From Gekko japonicus (Eukaryota): DNA of 64,000 bases. Of the stretch, positions 1 to 13,040 are shown one piece after another. The notes beneath the pieces are model-generated. The model made no database searches. It was given only the letters and a program-made list of their open reading frames with translations, and had not been told where the DNA came from. The DNA lies in the NCBI RefSeq assembly GCF_001447785.1, contig NW_015165278.1, positions 16,620-80,619 of the forward strand, given 5' to 3'. Made by a program: the position numbers and the translations under genes. The first letter of the stretch is position 1, and the number at the start of each line of letters is the position of its first letter.

Positions 1-1715
1 AAGAAAAAATAAAACTGTTGAGAGAGAGGGGGGGGGGGGGGGGGGGGGGGGGATAAACTACTATGGCAAGGAAAGGTTGAAAGGCAATGTTCAAGAATAA
101 AATTTCCCCAACAAAAGGGTTAGATCCAAGCCCAGTAGCCCCTTAGAGTTCAACAAGCGTTTCAGGGTATAAGCTCTCAAGAGTCAAAGCTCCTTTCATC
201 AGACATATGTTAGAAATGGGGACCTCAGAGTCCTTCTATGGTAGACAGAAGGTGGAAGGGATGTCGTATAGAATTCTTGTAAAGGATGCAAAAGGACCGT
301 GCATACTGATTAGAGCAGCGGGGAAATGCTTGGTTTCTAAGGTGCGACTGGATGCAAATCTGTTTTACTGCAAGCCAACACGGCTACCTTCTGAAACCAA
401 CAGAAGGGGTTTTCCCCGTCCTCCCTTAGCAACTAGGCCATTTACCCCATCAGAAAGGAGAAATGCGGTGACCACTGTGTGATGTGGAGACCTTGGTGAG
501 ATCATGTCTATCACGTTTCTGTAACATCATTCCCTAGTCTGACTGAGTGCTGTTTCTCGATTGACGTTTGGTACTCAGATATGGATGCAGGCCCTTTGCT
601 ACTGCTCTGTGCAGGGTTGCCAGGCCCCCCCTGGCCACCAGAAGAGGATGGGGGTGTGTTTGGTTTGCCAGATCCAGGTTGGGATGGAGCCTGGGCAGGA
701 CAGGGACCTCAGTGGGGTACAATTCCATAGAGTCCACCCTCCAGAACAGCCCTTTTCCGCAGGGAAACTCATCTCCGTAGTCTGGAGATGAGCCGTAATT
801 CCCGGGGGGATCCCCAGGTCCCACCTGGAAGCTGGCATCCCTAGCTGTGAGTGGGGCATGCATATTAAAAAAATGGCCGCTTTTTGTAGAGAGATGCCCA
901 GATGAGGTGCTCCGCAGGTTATAAGAATATCTGGCTGTCTCTGTGTATTTTGCCAAAAAAATTCCATTTCTAATGTGCACGCCTCGTTCACAAGGGTTGC
1001 AAGGTGAAGGTCTTCTGTACCAAGATTTCAATACCGAAAGTCAAGAGGAAGGCAAGCGGCTGAAATGGAACACTTTCTCCCATTCTGTGCCATGTCACAA
1101 CTGCCCTAAGTCCGAGTGGCTCTTTTGACAAACCTGAGAGGCTGCTTTGTCTCATTGATCCTTCTAGTTCAGAACTGCCTGTTCTGATTGGCAGCCTTTC
1201 TCCAGGTTCTTCCGTACAAAGCCTTTCCCAAAACCTGGCACCGGAGATTCCAGGGAGTGGACTGTATGCTTTGCCACAAAGCAAAGGCCTCTCCCCAAAC
1301 TCTTAGCAGTACCAGGAAGTCTGTTGTTCTTGGAGAAAACGCCCCTGGGTGGGAGGAACGAGTTGTGCGGTTATTGAGATCCAGGGCAGAGATTTAGGCC
1401 GTGGGAAGTGATAACCTATTCTGTGCCTTTTCATTGTTTTCTAAAGCCCTGCAAACTGGGCAGCTGACAAATGAGCCAGGAATCAGCGGAGCAACACTTT
1501 AAGGCAGTTTACAGAAACCAGTAAGGGCTAGTGTGGCACAGGGGACCAGGACGCTGGACCAGGAAACCCACTTTCCTTTCAGCCACAAAGCTCAGTGGGT
1601 GACCTTAGGTCAGTTACTCCTCTCACTCACAACCTAACCTACCTTGCAAGGCTGGTGGTAAGAAAATGGGAACCATGTATGCCCAACCTGAGATTTTGGA
1701 AGAGGGGTGGACTAA

Positions 1716-2540
1716 GTTTAAGTTGGTTCATGCAATACTATCCCCCATTACTGTGCATGGGTGTGAAAGCTGGACAATGAGGAAAGCTGAGAAGAAGGAA
1801 GTCGATTCCTTTGAGATGTGGTGTCGGAGGAGGGTCTTATGGAGACTGTGGACTGCCCAAAAGACAAATCAGTGGGTTCTAGAGAGCAAGTCAAGCCTGA
1901 ATGCTCCCGAGAAGCTAAAATGACTAAACTGAGAAGACAAGAATCACTGGAAAAGACAAACGCTCTAGGAAAAGGAAGCGGGAAAAGAGGAAGACCCAGG
2001 GCTATTTTTGGGCAGGAACGCACAGGAACAGAGTTCCGGCTGGCTCCCAAGTTGGTCACACCCAGCAGGAACTCATTAGCATAATAGGCCACACCCAACA
2101 GCAGGAACTCATTAGGATTGGCTACATTAGGGGTGTGTGGCCTAACATGCAAAGGAGTTCCTGCTACAAAAAAAGGCCCTGGGTTTTGACAACAAACAAG
2201 GTAAACAGAATAAGCAGCAAAAGGTGGGTGTGGCTGGATGACCACACTTCTGGTAACATGGGGGTGCGGCCTAATGTGCTAATGAGCTGTGCTCTCAGGG
2301 GTGTGGCCTAATATGCTAATGAGCTCCTGCTGTTGGGTGTGGCCTATTATGCTAATGAGTACCTGCTGGCTTTTTGTACAAAAAAAGCCTTGAAGACCCA
2401 ACATGAGATGGATGGACTCCATCGAGGAAGCCACAAGGGCCATCCGTTTGCAAGACCCAGGCAAGGCTGTTAAGGACAGGACGTTTTGGAGGACATTAGT
2501 TCACAGGGTCACCGTAATTCGGAAATGACTTGACGGCACC
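1716..2540 (+). mobile_element. RTE/BovB-like LINE 3' fragment interrupted by a hAT MITE; others at ~19575-19795 (-), 41712-41813 (+), 44880-45110 (-)
   Basis: Translation HGCESWTMRKAEKKEVDSFEMWCRRR and GKRGRP..RW, typical of the RTE C-terminus. Confidence 0.85.
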
Positions 2541-5500
2541 TTGTTAACCGGAATTATTTCAAAATTCTGGGTGCCTGCGTGAACTGTTTAGGCAATGGCA
2601 TTCTGCCAGCCTTCTTAACCATTCCAAAAATTTGCGGGTAGGTGGTAAAATTCCTCCACGGATGCAGAATGAGCTTATTGTTTNNNNNNNNNNNNNNNNN
2701 NNNNNNNCCTCCTCAGCCTCCTATTTCTGAGAAAAGGATAGTAGAGGCTTTCTCCGGGCTCCTTCTAGCGTAACGTTTGCGTCCTCCGTGCATTGGAAAA
2801 TTGTTACCCAAATAACCGGCCCGTGTCAAAAATATCTGGGCAGAACATCCAGAGGACACCATCTGCTAATTAAAACCGTCAGCTAACAGAGCACAAACCA
2901 TTTAGAAAGTTTACCGACACCTATCTAGGGTGGTGGGTGGAGCATGAACACACAGGAGGCTGCCTGCTATTGAATCAAACTATTGGTTCAAGCAGGCCAG
3001 TATCGTCTACTCAGACTGTCAGGAGGCTCTCAAGCAGAGATTCCGATAAAATCAGGCTAAGATCCAGATTAGGGCATGCGTGGCTGCATCCCATTGATAA
3101 AAAGAAAGCAACCTAGTCCATCAGGTAGCTGGAATGTTAAACCTCAATATGAATACAGTCTCTAGAGTTTGGAACAGACTTACAGGTTGCAGAGGTCAAC
3201 AGCCCTGAGAGCTAAAGTGTAGCTAGGGGAATGCACAGTGAAGAAGAAGAAGAGATTGGATTTATACCCCACCCTTCACTTGGGAGTCTCAGAGCGGCTT
3301 ACAATCTCCTTTCCTTTCCCCGCCCCACAACAGACACCCTGTGAGGTAGGTGGGGCTGGGAGAGCTCTGAGAGAAACTGCTCTTGAGAGAACAGCTCTGA
3401 GAGAACAGCTCTGAGAGAACTTGCAACTGACCCAAGGTCACCCAGCTGGCTGCATGTGGAAGAGTGGGGAAATCAAACCCAGTTCTTCCAGATTAGAGTC
3501 TGTCGCTCTTAATCACTACACCAAACCGGGGTGTCAAACATGATCCATCTGGGACCATTGTACATATATAACTTCCACCATGAACTCACTTGGATGCTTT
3601 AGTTGAGCCCAGGGTGTCAAACATGATCCATGTGGGTCCATTGTCCATATATAACTTCCACTATGAACTCACTTGGATGCTTTAGTTGAGCCACTTGCTC
3701 TCAGCCTCAGCCTCTCCTCCGCATAAGGGGGCAACAACACTGTCCTACTCCGCAAGGTGGTAATAAGTATTACTGTGCTTTGAACATTTTTGTTTTTTTG
3801 CGGTCAAGTCGCAGCTGATTTATGGCACCCCTTTAGGGCAGGGAAGAGAAGAAGAAGAGATCGGATTTATACCCCACCTTTCACTTGGAGTCTCAGAGCA
3901 GTTTACAGTCTCCTTTCTCCTCCCCTCCCCACAACAGACACCCCGTGAGGTAGGTGGGGCTGAGAGTGCTCTGAGAGAAACTGCTCTCGAGAGAACAGTT
4001 CTGAGAGAACTTGTGACTGACCCAAGGTCACACCAGCAGCTGCATTTGNNNNNNNNNNNNNNNNNNNNNNNNNNNNNNNNNNNNNNNNNNNNNNNNNNNN
4101 NNNNNNNNNNNNNNNNNNNNNNNNNNNNNNNNNNNNNNNNNNNNNNNNNNNNNNNNNNNNNNNNNNNNNNNNNNNNNNNNNNNNNNNNNNNNNNNNNNNN
4201 NNNNNNNNNNNNNNNNNNNNNNNNNNNNNNNNNNNNNNNNNNNNNNNNNNNNNNNNNNNNNNNNNNNNNNNNNNCAGGCTGGAAATGGCCCATCCAGGGC
4301 TCTTATCCAGCCTGCGAGCAACTGGTCATTACTTTTATTGCCAGATGACAGATTCTGTGCATTATGTCCCTGCATACTGTCCCAGTGCTAATGCATAACA
4401 GGTGGTGGAAGAGGGAGGGTGGGCGTCAGGGAGATACTTTGAAGAGATATTGTAAGGGTGTTAACGTTTTAAGAATGTTTGTATTTTAAGTAAAAAATAA
4501 TATTGTTAATTGGGTCTGCCTGTGTCCTTTACAAAATTTATATCTCCTGTACCTGGCATTACATTCTATGGCACCCATGGCCCGGCCTGACAAAGTGACA
4601 TTTATGTCATATCCGGACCTGGTAAAAAAAATGAGTTCAACACCTCTGTTTTAGGGGTTTTCAAGACCAAAGATGCTCAGAGGTCGTTTGCCATTGCCTG
4701 TCTCTGTGCAGCAACCCTGGACTTCCTTGGGGGTCTCCCAAACAAATACAGACCAGGGCTGACTCTGCTTAGCTTCCAAGATCTGATGAGACCGGGCTGG
4801 GCTTGACCATGGACAGGGCTACATAAATCCCAAGTACTATGCCAAGGAGGTTTTGTTGCCTGAAATTGTCAAGAGCCTTTTTTTTTTTAATGCACTACTC
4901 ATTATTGCTTTCAGCTACTAAGTATTTTTCTCGATAAAACAATCCCCCATACCGTACAATCACACTAATAGAAAAGGCCAGATTCAGCCAAAAGTTAAAT
5001 AATGTTTTAAGTTCGATCAATCTCAATAGAAGGGATTCAACCAGATAATTTACATGGTGACTGGCCTTGCCAAGCCCTTTGCGTGTGACAGTATGCCCAA
5101 GGAACCCAAGAGTTTATTTTTAACTGATTTATATACCCTAATGGCAACCCATTAAGCACCACATCACACTGGCTCTCCAAAAGAGTTACATCCTTCTAAG
5201 CACATTTATGCCTATGGTCTCAGAAGGATCTAACTTTTCTTGGGCTTGCACCTTCAAGCACATAATAAATTCTTCTACTGACACCAAAAGGAGTTAAGAA
5301 CATAAGCACATAAGAGACGCCAATGTTGGATCAGGCCAAAGGCCCATCCAGTCCAACACTCTGTATCACACAGTGGCCAGAAATACCAGTGCCATCAGGA
5401 GGTCCACTCTTGATGGCCAGAAATACCAGTGCCATCAGGAGTTAAAGAGTTTGATTATGGCTGGCTTGTACTCTCAGTGATGAAGTGATATATAGCATTG

Positions 5501-5940
5501 TCTTCTCCCTACAAGAGTCGTTTGACCAAATATGATTCAAATATAGCCCAAGTGTGGTGCTTCTATTTCTTAATGGACAAATTGCAAAACAGTCACCTGT
5601 TGATAACAATACCCCGAAACGCACAATAGAAATCACCATCAAGAGGATCTGGATCGCTTCAGTTGTACCACAACATGTGGATGATGGCATGGAATGCAGA
5701 ATCTTAACCTGCTTGCTTGCTTTTTCCTTAAACCGAGTTACTAGCCCTCATGTTGTAGAGAGCGGGGGAAGGGGAGGGAAATGCTTTGCCCATTTGTGCT
5801 AGAGCATATAGAACAGAATCTGTTTGTACGGGGACTGCAGTGATCCATCAGGGACACTTCTTCAGCCCCTGGTCCACCCCGCTCTTACCCACATATCCAG
5901 CAATATGCTTTTCCCATCCCTCCCAAGCAACACTTGCACA

Positions 5941-6147
5941 CAGTGTTCCCTCTAAGCTGAGTTAGTGTGAGCTAGCTCACTGTTTTTTAGCCTCCGCCTC
6001 ACACATTTTTGCCTTAGCTCACGAAGGATGGCTCCAGAGCAAACTAATTTATGCAGTACCCAAATTGCTCACTCACAACTGTAATGCCAGAGGCTCACAA
6101 AGTAGACTTTTTGCTCACAAGACTCCACAGCTTAGAGGGAGCATTGC
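5941..6147 (+). mobile_element. hAT MITE family A (~205 bp, TIR CAGTGTTCCCTCTAAGCTG)
   Basis: TIRs; TSD CTTGCACA/CTTGCACG. Confidence 0.9.
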
Positions 6148-8410
6148 TTGCACGGTGCTACAATAACCTCCTCTACAAGTTCTTTCCCCTACTTGCTGGC
6201 TCTAAAGAAATTTTTGACATGAGCGCAAACTGACAGATGGCAGATTTGCCTAATGCCTCCTAATCACAGCATTACAGAACCTCTGATTCATCGTCGCGTG
6301 ATAACGACCACCTAAGACTGCAACAAAGTACAAAAATAAATTCTCTTAGGCAAAAGGGCTTCATGAAGTCATAGATCGCATCCACCTCCTCCCCGAGACA
6401 GTGAAGGGGAAATTGTGCAGATGCCTGTAAACATAAGCTCCTAGCTCAAGTTCTGAAGGTGTTTTGCTCCCTTCCCTGGCTCTCTTTACTTTTCTCCCTG
6501 GGCGAAAGTACAGTTATTTTTAGTGAAAGAAATCCTTTATACCCTGAAGGGCTTGTTTGTTTTCATGGCATCTACCTGTACTTTTTTTTCCAAATGCAGC
6601 CCTCCTCTACAGGGATCTGTTTGAAGACTTGATAAGGGCTTCTTTCATGCTACTACGGTTTAATATACTTCTATAAGCATCTGTATACTATCCAGGTGTT
6701 CCCCAAATAAATGCACAAAGGCCCAGGATTTTTTTTTTTTAAAAAGTCAACAAAGAATCTTCTGTTATAACCACTGCTGCTCATATGTCAGCCCCTAGGA
6801 AAACAGGAAAACACATCCCGTGGCAGTATTCCTGGCTAAGATTAGTTCTCTCGAAACTTTCTACCGTCTCAACACCTTTTCCACATTTAGTTATCTGCAG
6901 AGGAACCCCCATGCATTTGGAGACAGGTCTGAGCTGTAAAAGAAGGTGCTTTACAGCTTTTTTTAAAAAATGTGGATTTAAAAATTAAGGATGCACAGAT
7001 ACGTGGATTTTATTTTTTCAAGGGAAGGCAGCTAAACTGAGGTGTGGTGGGGAGACAGATGGGTGAACCAGCATTTGATTCACTGGAATGTAGATTCATC
7101 ATGAAACTTTCTAAGGTAGGGAAAAGCCAGGCAGGTAAGGGGGGGGACCTTCAATTATTCATGTCTTCACCCTAAATGTGTACCTGGAACATTCCCTGAG
7201 GCTGCACATTACAGGTAAGATCAGCATTATTAGATACGCTGTTTAGGGGAGCTAGTTTCTTATTGTTCATCCTATTCAGTATTGCTCCAAAGGGAGAATT
7301 CAACAGGAAATGGCTGAATTAGCATTCATCAAGAAGTCCAGCTCTATCTATCTAACAGGGATCTGGCATTTCTTACTCACCGTACATGCTAAATTCTTAG
7401 CACATCTTACTCTTTTACAGGTGACAGCTAGTTCAGATATACCTCTATACTTTTTGAATTGGATCTGCTTATCATGGTCCACCCTGCATATGACACATTT
7501 TATGTTAATCCTACTTTGCATATCTATCTACAACCAGAAGTGCTCTTTGTTCAGTCTGAGTGGCATGATTACTCTTTAGAGTGGACATTTTTTTAAACTG
7601 GTCTCTCTCCTACCCCTTCTGTTGTCTGCTCCTTTGATTAAGAATATATCTGCCTAAAGAAGGAACACACAACTGATGAAGTGAGTTCTGATTCATGAAA
7701 GCTTGTGCTGGAATACAGTTTTTAGATTTTTTAAGGTGCCACTGGACTCCTGTATCATTGAGAAACATTGACTAAACTTCTGAAGAATATCACAGTTGCT
7801 TGGAAAACCATTTAAAAAAAAACACCTGTTGTACCTTAAAGTTGTACCTAGAACAGCACTGACATCATTGGTTTGAGATGAAGATCGGTAATTTCTTGGG
7901 CACGGTGTGACCAGTCTGTGCCATCACTGCAAATTCAAGTGATGGAAGACGACTCTGTTGTCAGCAGGACACTGGTTTTGAATCAGCACTTGGCTGACTA
8001 CTGGCCCAATAACTGCACTTTAACTTCACTTACGATGCCCCCCTTTTACATGCCACCTCAAAGTGAGTTCACACATTGTCCTTAGAACTGCAATTGCCCC
8101 TTAATAAGCTGTAACATGGTAACCTCGGTCTAGATTTAGTCCATTACTTACATATGGTGGCGTTCACATGATAAAGAGGTTGCAGGTTGACCTTTTCAAG
8201 TTATTTTGCCATGGTGGCTGGCCTTGCGAACCCCTTCCCGTGTGTCACAGTATGCCCAAGGAACCCTTCAAAACGTAAGCAGGGCCAAGAGATGCTAAGT
8301 CATGTTTGGGCATCCAAAAGATCAGTCATCACACCATACCAAGTCAACCAGCAAGTCACCAAAGGTCACCACCTCAAAAATTCAGCAAAATCTCCCACCA
8401 CGCTTCTGGG

Positions 8411-8615
8411 CAGTGTTCCCTCTAAGCTGAGTTAGTGTGAGCTAGCTCAGTTTTTTAGCTTCTGGCTCACACATTCTTTGTCTTAGCTCAGGAAGGAGGG
8501 CTCCAGAGTAAACTAATCTGTGCAGTAGTCAAATCACTCGCTCACAACTTCAATGCCAGTAGCTCACAAAGTAGAATTTTTGCTCACAAGACCCCACAGC
8601 TTAGAGGGAACACTG
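8411..8615 (+). mobile_element. hAT MITE family A
   Basis: TIRs; 8-bp TSD CTTCTGGG. Confidence 0.9.
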
Positions 8616-9042
8616 CTTCTGGGCCTACCACATTTGTATCACTCTGTCCATGTTTAAAATGCCCTACTTGTAACATCTAGCCTCTCAAGATTTTAGATTA
8701 GCCTCCTCTCAGAGGTGCTAGTTTTCTGCGTCCAGGGAGTTTCCCCCCTCCCCCAATGTGTGGAAGCAAACACAAATGCCACCCTTCCTTCTGAACAGTG
8801 CCAGGAGGACTCTAGCCTGTGAATTAACTCGCACAAGAGCCAAGAAGGGAGGCGACAATCTGTAGTGACTCGCTGTACAGTGACTGAAGCAGACGGCCTG
8901 AGCGGACCTCAGACCAAAACCCTGAGCGTTTCCTTCCTCCTTGGCGCACCGTGCCTGAGAAAACCCATCAACCTCAGCCCTAGCTCTCTCACTCCCTCTT
9001 CCTTAATCAAAGACTCCCTCGACGGAAAGCTTGCCAGCCCGG

Positions 9043-10082
9043 TTAGCTCTCGAACCAGTGGGCCAGATTCTGGACGGTCTTGCGCTGGTGCCCGGCCGTC
9101 CGGATCGCCTCGCAAACCCTGCAGCAGTGTTCGTCCCAGAACGAAGTCACCTGGACGTCGTATCTTTTCCGCCAGGCGAAATATCTCCTGTACCTGTTCT
9201 TGTTTTTATCGAGGAATTTCAAGTAAATGGCCAGGTGGGCGGGGCTGGCAAAGTCGTCCACGTGGATGAAGGAGTTCGCGGGGACGAAAAGCTCGTAGTT
9301 GGACCTGGGGGGCCCCAGCACAATGGGGACGGTCCTGGACTTGAAGGCGTTCCGCCACAGCTTCTCCGTGATGTAGTCGGGGTGCTGGGAGTTTTCGAAG
9401 GCCAGGTAGAACTTGTACTCTGAGATGGTCTTGACCACGCTGTCGTCTTTCAGCTCCAGGCCCTGGGCCCCATAAACGTCGATGGGGAGGTATTTCTTCA
9501 GCTGGTGGAAATAGCGGACCCGGGCATGCTCCTCGTTCCAGTTGCTGATGACCCAGGCGACCAGCTTGGTCTTGGCGGGCAAGCTCAGGTGGGCCGGAGT
9601 CCGCCGGGCCCGCAAGTACCCGTAGGGCACAAAGACATCCGAGTCCACCCGGTAGGACATGGTCCAGTTGAAGATGCCGGCCAGGCTGTGGAGGCCCGGG
9701 GAGTGGGAGGGCGACTCGAAGTTCATCCAGACCCAGCGCTGGGCGGGGGGCCTGACCCAGGGCAGGTGCTCGGGGCCGTGCAGGATGAGGTCCCTGTGGT
9801 GGAAGAGGACGGCGTGCGCCTCCTGCTGGCGGCTGCGGTTGGCGCTGAGGCTGCAGCCGCTGATGTTGAAGCGCGCGCGGCAGTCGCCCAGCGGCCGGCT
9901 GCTCCCGAAGGGCTCCCACCAGAGGAGCACGCTGAGCGGCTCGTCCTCCTCGTCCCGGTGGCGCCGCAGCAGGGGCAGGTCCTGCAGGCTGCTGGCGGCG
10001 TACAAGGCCAGCACGGTGCAGCACGTCAGCCCGGCCGCCAGCACTCGCCACTGCCGCCGGGGCAGGCTGCAGCGGCACGGGC
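9043..10082 (-). CDS. FUT4: Alpha-(1,3)-fucosyltransferase 4 (GT10), probably single coding exon; N-terminus runs into the gap 10083-10393
   Basis: ORF contains FHHRDL, WVWMNFESPSHS, FNWTMSYR and the alpha-1,3-FucT motif YKFYLAFENS..DYITEKLW, ending WFES*, as in avian/mammalian FUT4 (recalled). The frame stays open upstream of the track's GTG (…PCRCSLPRRQWRVLAAG, a TM anchor after a basic tail). Candidate ATG (gggATGG) at 10397. Synteny with C11orf97/ANKRD49/MRE11. Confidence 0.95.
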
Positions 10083-10600
10083 NNNNNNNNNNNNNNNNNN
10101 NNNNNNNNNNNNNNNNNNNNNNNNNNNNNNNNNNNNNNNNNNNNNNNNNNNNNNNNNNNNNNNNNNNNNNNNNNNNNNNNNNNNNNNNNNNNNNNNNNNN
10201 NNNNNNNNNNNNNNNNNNNNNNNNNNNNNNNNNNNNNNNNNNNNNNNNNNNNNNNNNNNNNNNNNNNNNNNNNNNNNNNNNNNNNNNNNNNNNNNNNNNN
10301 NNNNNNNNNNNNNNNNNNNNNNNNNNNNNNNNNNNNNNNNNNNNNNNNNNNNNNNNNNNNNNNNNNNNNNNNNNNNNNNNNNNNNNNNNNNNNCCATCCC
10401 CGGCTCCGCCCCTCTCCAGCCGCAGCCGGCGGGCGGGCAGGCGCCTCCTTGGAGAGGTTGGCCAAAGGCTTGCGCGGCGGCGGCTGCGGGGGGCGGGCGT
10501 TGGGACAACGGAGTGGTGGGAGGCGGGGGAGGAAAGGGACCGATTTACCTGTTGAACTGCCGCCGGTCGTGCAGCAGCCTGGAAGCGGTCAGGAGCAATG
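9500..10600. promoter_or_regulatory. CpG island over FUT4 5' end / promoter
   Basis: Very GC- and CpG-rich sequence with GC boxes (GGGCGG); partly lost in an assembly gap. Confidence 0.8.
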
Positions 10601-10802
10601 TTCCCTCTAAGCTGTGGAGTCTTGTGAGCAAAAATTCTACTTTGTGAGCTACTGGCATTAAAGCTGTGAGCGAGTAATTTGGCTACTGCATAAATTAGTT
10701 TGCTCTGGAGCCCTCCTTCCTGAGCTAAGACAAAAACTGTGTGAGCCAGAGGCTAAACAATCGTGAGCTAGCTCACACTAACTCAGCCTAGAAGGAACAC
10801 TG
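10596..10802 (-). mobile_element. hAT MITE family A
   Basis: TIRs; TSD GTCAGGAG/GGCAGGAG. Confidence 0.9.
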
Positions 10803-11027
10803 GGCAGGAGGAGCACCGTGGATCGCCTCCGTCTGCCCCTGGAATCAGGGATTGTGCTCTGAGAGGAGAGAGGGCTGGAAAAAAGCCTTATAAAATTTCC
10901 TGGTGGCAGCCGGATACCCAAAGTAAAATAAAATAAAAGGAACACTTTTAAAGAAACCCAGACCTCCCCAGTTAAGGGGTCGTCACAGAAGGTTTAGGGC
11001 CTGGGTCAAAGTCCCGTTTTCTAAGTT

Positions 11028-11360
11028 CAGGAGGAGCACCTTAGAGACGAGCGAAATCTGTGGCAGGGCAGGAGCTTCTCTCCCTGAGTCGCTGCTCCCT
11101 TCTAAGTTCAGATACAGGACTGCCACTGAAGAAGCCAGCAGTGACTCAGGGAAGCGCCTACCCTGCGACTCATTTTGTTAGTCTTTAAGGTGCTGAAAAT
11201 TTGTGGCAGGGTTATCAGTCACTGCCCACTTCTTCGGGTATCTGAAGAAGTGAGCCGTGACTCAGGGAAGCCCATATACTGCCACAAACTTTGTTAGTCT
11301 TTAAGGTACAAGTGGACTCTTGCTCTTTTCTGCTGCTACAGACTGAAATACACGGCTGCT
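11028..11360. mobile_element. Penelope-derived tandem/inverted pseudo-LTR remnants
   Basis: Same motifs as 19282 (CTGAAGAAGTGAG..GACTCAG, TTTGTTAGTCTTTAAGGTG, GGACTCTTGCTCTTTTC), repeated in both orientations. Confidence 0.7.
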
Positions 11361-12204
11361 GCCAGTCCTGACGCTGCCTTGTACCGAATCAGACCCTTGG
11401 CCCATCAAGGTTAGTACTACTCAGCCTGGCAGTGGCTCTGTCTTGTGAGCAAGAAAATCAATAAATGTGTACCCTTTGGTACTTAAAAAAAAAGAAAAAA
11501 GGTTAGTATATCGTCTATTCAGACTGGCAGTGCCTCTCTCTGGTAGAGGTCTTGCCCGTCATCTACCACCTGATCCTCTTAATTGGAGAGGCTGGGGATT
11601 GAACCTGGGACCTTCTGCATGCCAGGCGGGTTGCCCCACCACCCATTCTTCCGTATTATTCAAGCCATGCTTACCCCAACATGGACATAAGTACATGCAC
11701 AGAGGCCCTTTTATAGTTATTTGTGTACTTCGTTTATAGGCTTTCCTCAGTGGTGACTCAAAGCAGCTTACATTGTTCTCCTTTGCTTCATTTTATCCTT
11801 ACAGCCCCTGTGAGGTAGGTTAGGCCGAGAGTGTGTGACTGATCCAAGGTCACCCAGCAGGCTTTCATGGCAGAACCTGTGACTCCCAGATTCTACTCTT
11901 GACATTCTACACGACACCATACTGGCTTTCAGGGGTTCCAGATGAGTTTTAGCACAAGCACTTCTTATTTAAATTGAGCTTTTGGCATACACAGTTCCCC
12001 AAGGGACACACCCACTCCCTAAATTATTGCACTGTATACCCCTCCATATCTCTGTCTCTGTTTTGGCCATGCTCCGCATGGTGTTACTTCAGTTAGTGTC
12101 TGTGCTGTCTCCTTTCTCACGTCAGCTCCCTCCCCTCACCGTAGGGATGAACCCATAAGTCATCATTGGTCCGAGGAACCCTATCATTTCAAAATCCTGT
12201 GGTA

Positions 12205-12459
12205 TTTTATGCTGCCCTCAAAGCCACGTAACATGGAAACTCCATATTATTCTGTCAACTATCTTGTGAGGAAGATTCGGTTGAGAGAAGAGGAGGAGAT
12301 TGGATGTATACCCCGCCCTTCACTCAAGAGTCTTTTATGCTGCCCTCAAAGCCACGCAACATGGAAACTCCATATTATTCTGTCAACTATCTTGTGAGGA
12401 AGATTCGGTTGAGAGAAGAGAAGGAGATTGGATTTATACCCCGCCCTTCACTCAGAGTC
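12205..12459 (+). repeat. Direct tandem duplication, 128-bp unit spanning a SINE tail junction
   Basis: Two near-identical copies starting at 12205 and 12333. Confidence 0.9.
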
Positions 12460-12832
12460 TCAGAGCGGCTTACAGTCACCTCCCCTTCCCCTTCCCCTCC
12501 CCACAACAGACAACAGCAGTAAGTGGGGCTGAGAGAGCTATGAGAGAATTGCTCATGAGATAACAGCTCTGAGAGAACTGTGACTGACCCAAGGTCACAC
12601 CAGCTAGCTGCATGTGGAGAAGTGGGGAATCAAACCCAGTTCTCCCAGATTAGAGTCTTAACCACTGCACCAAACTGGCTCTCTTTGAGCATTCTGTGAA
12701 TGGCTCTCTGTGAGCATTCTGACTGAGAGGGGATTTGAACTCAATTCCGTCATAATACAAGCTGTCCCATGCTCCCCACATCCCAACGTGGCCAAGCCAT
12801 TAATAGAATATAAAACATTCTGCATTGATTTG

Positions 12833-13040
12833 GGAGGGGCTGTGGCTCAGTGGCAGAGCATCTGCTTGACATGCAGAAGGCCCCAGGTTCAATCCCTGGT
12901 ATCTCCAGTTAAAAGATCCAGCAGTAGGTGATGAGAAAGACCCCTGCCTGAGACCCTGGAGAGCCACTGCCAGTCTGAGTAGACAGTGTTGACTTTGATG
13001 GACCAAGGGTCTGATTCAGTATAAGGCAGCTTCATGTGCT
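12833..13040 (+). mobile_element. tRNA-derived SINE with CR1-like 3' end (Squam2-like); other copies at ~11370-11645, 21445-21655, 21675-21900, 24990-25190, 30411-30610, 42255-42450, 61437-61645
   Basis: A box TGGCTCAGTGG, B box GGTTCAATCC; tail GATTCAGTATAAGGCAGCTTCATGTG. Confidence 0.85.

Noticed and set aside
27-52. Poly-G runs (also 23818-23836) as G-quadruplex elements
   Set aside because: Homopolymer lengths are unreliable in this gapped assembly and there is no supporting context.
2542-2920. Possible solo LTR starting TGTTAAC
   Set aside because: Terminus and TSD are not consistent, and the segment contains a gap.
1-8400. PIWIL4 exons expected downstream of FUT4 by mammalian synteny
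   Set aside because: I recognised no PIWI-like coding exon; the gene may lie outside the window, so loss cannot be claimed.
9031-10647. Long alternative-frame and antisense ORFs over FUT4 (380, 298, 419 aa)
   Set aside because: By-products of extreme GC3 content and N-runs; no recognisable protein features.
12833-12910. tRNA-like sequences (also 30415, 61440 and the Squam3-like heads)
   Set aside because: They continue directly into SINE bodies, so they are SINE heads rather than tRNA genes.
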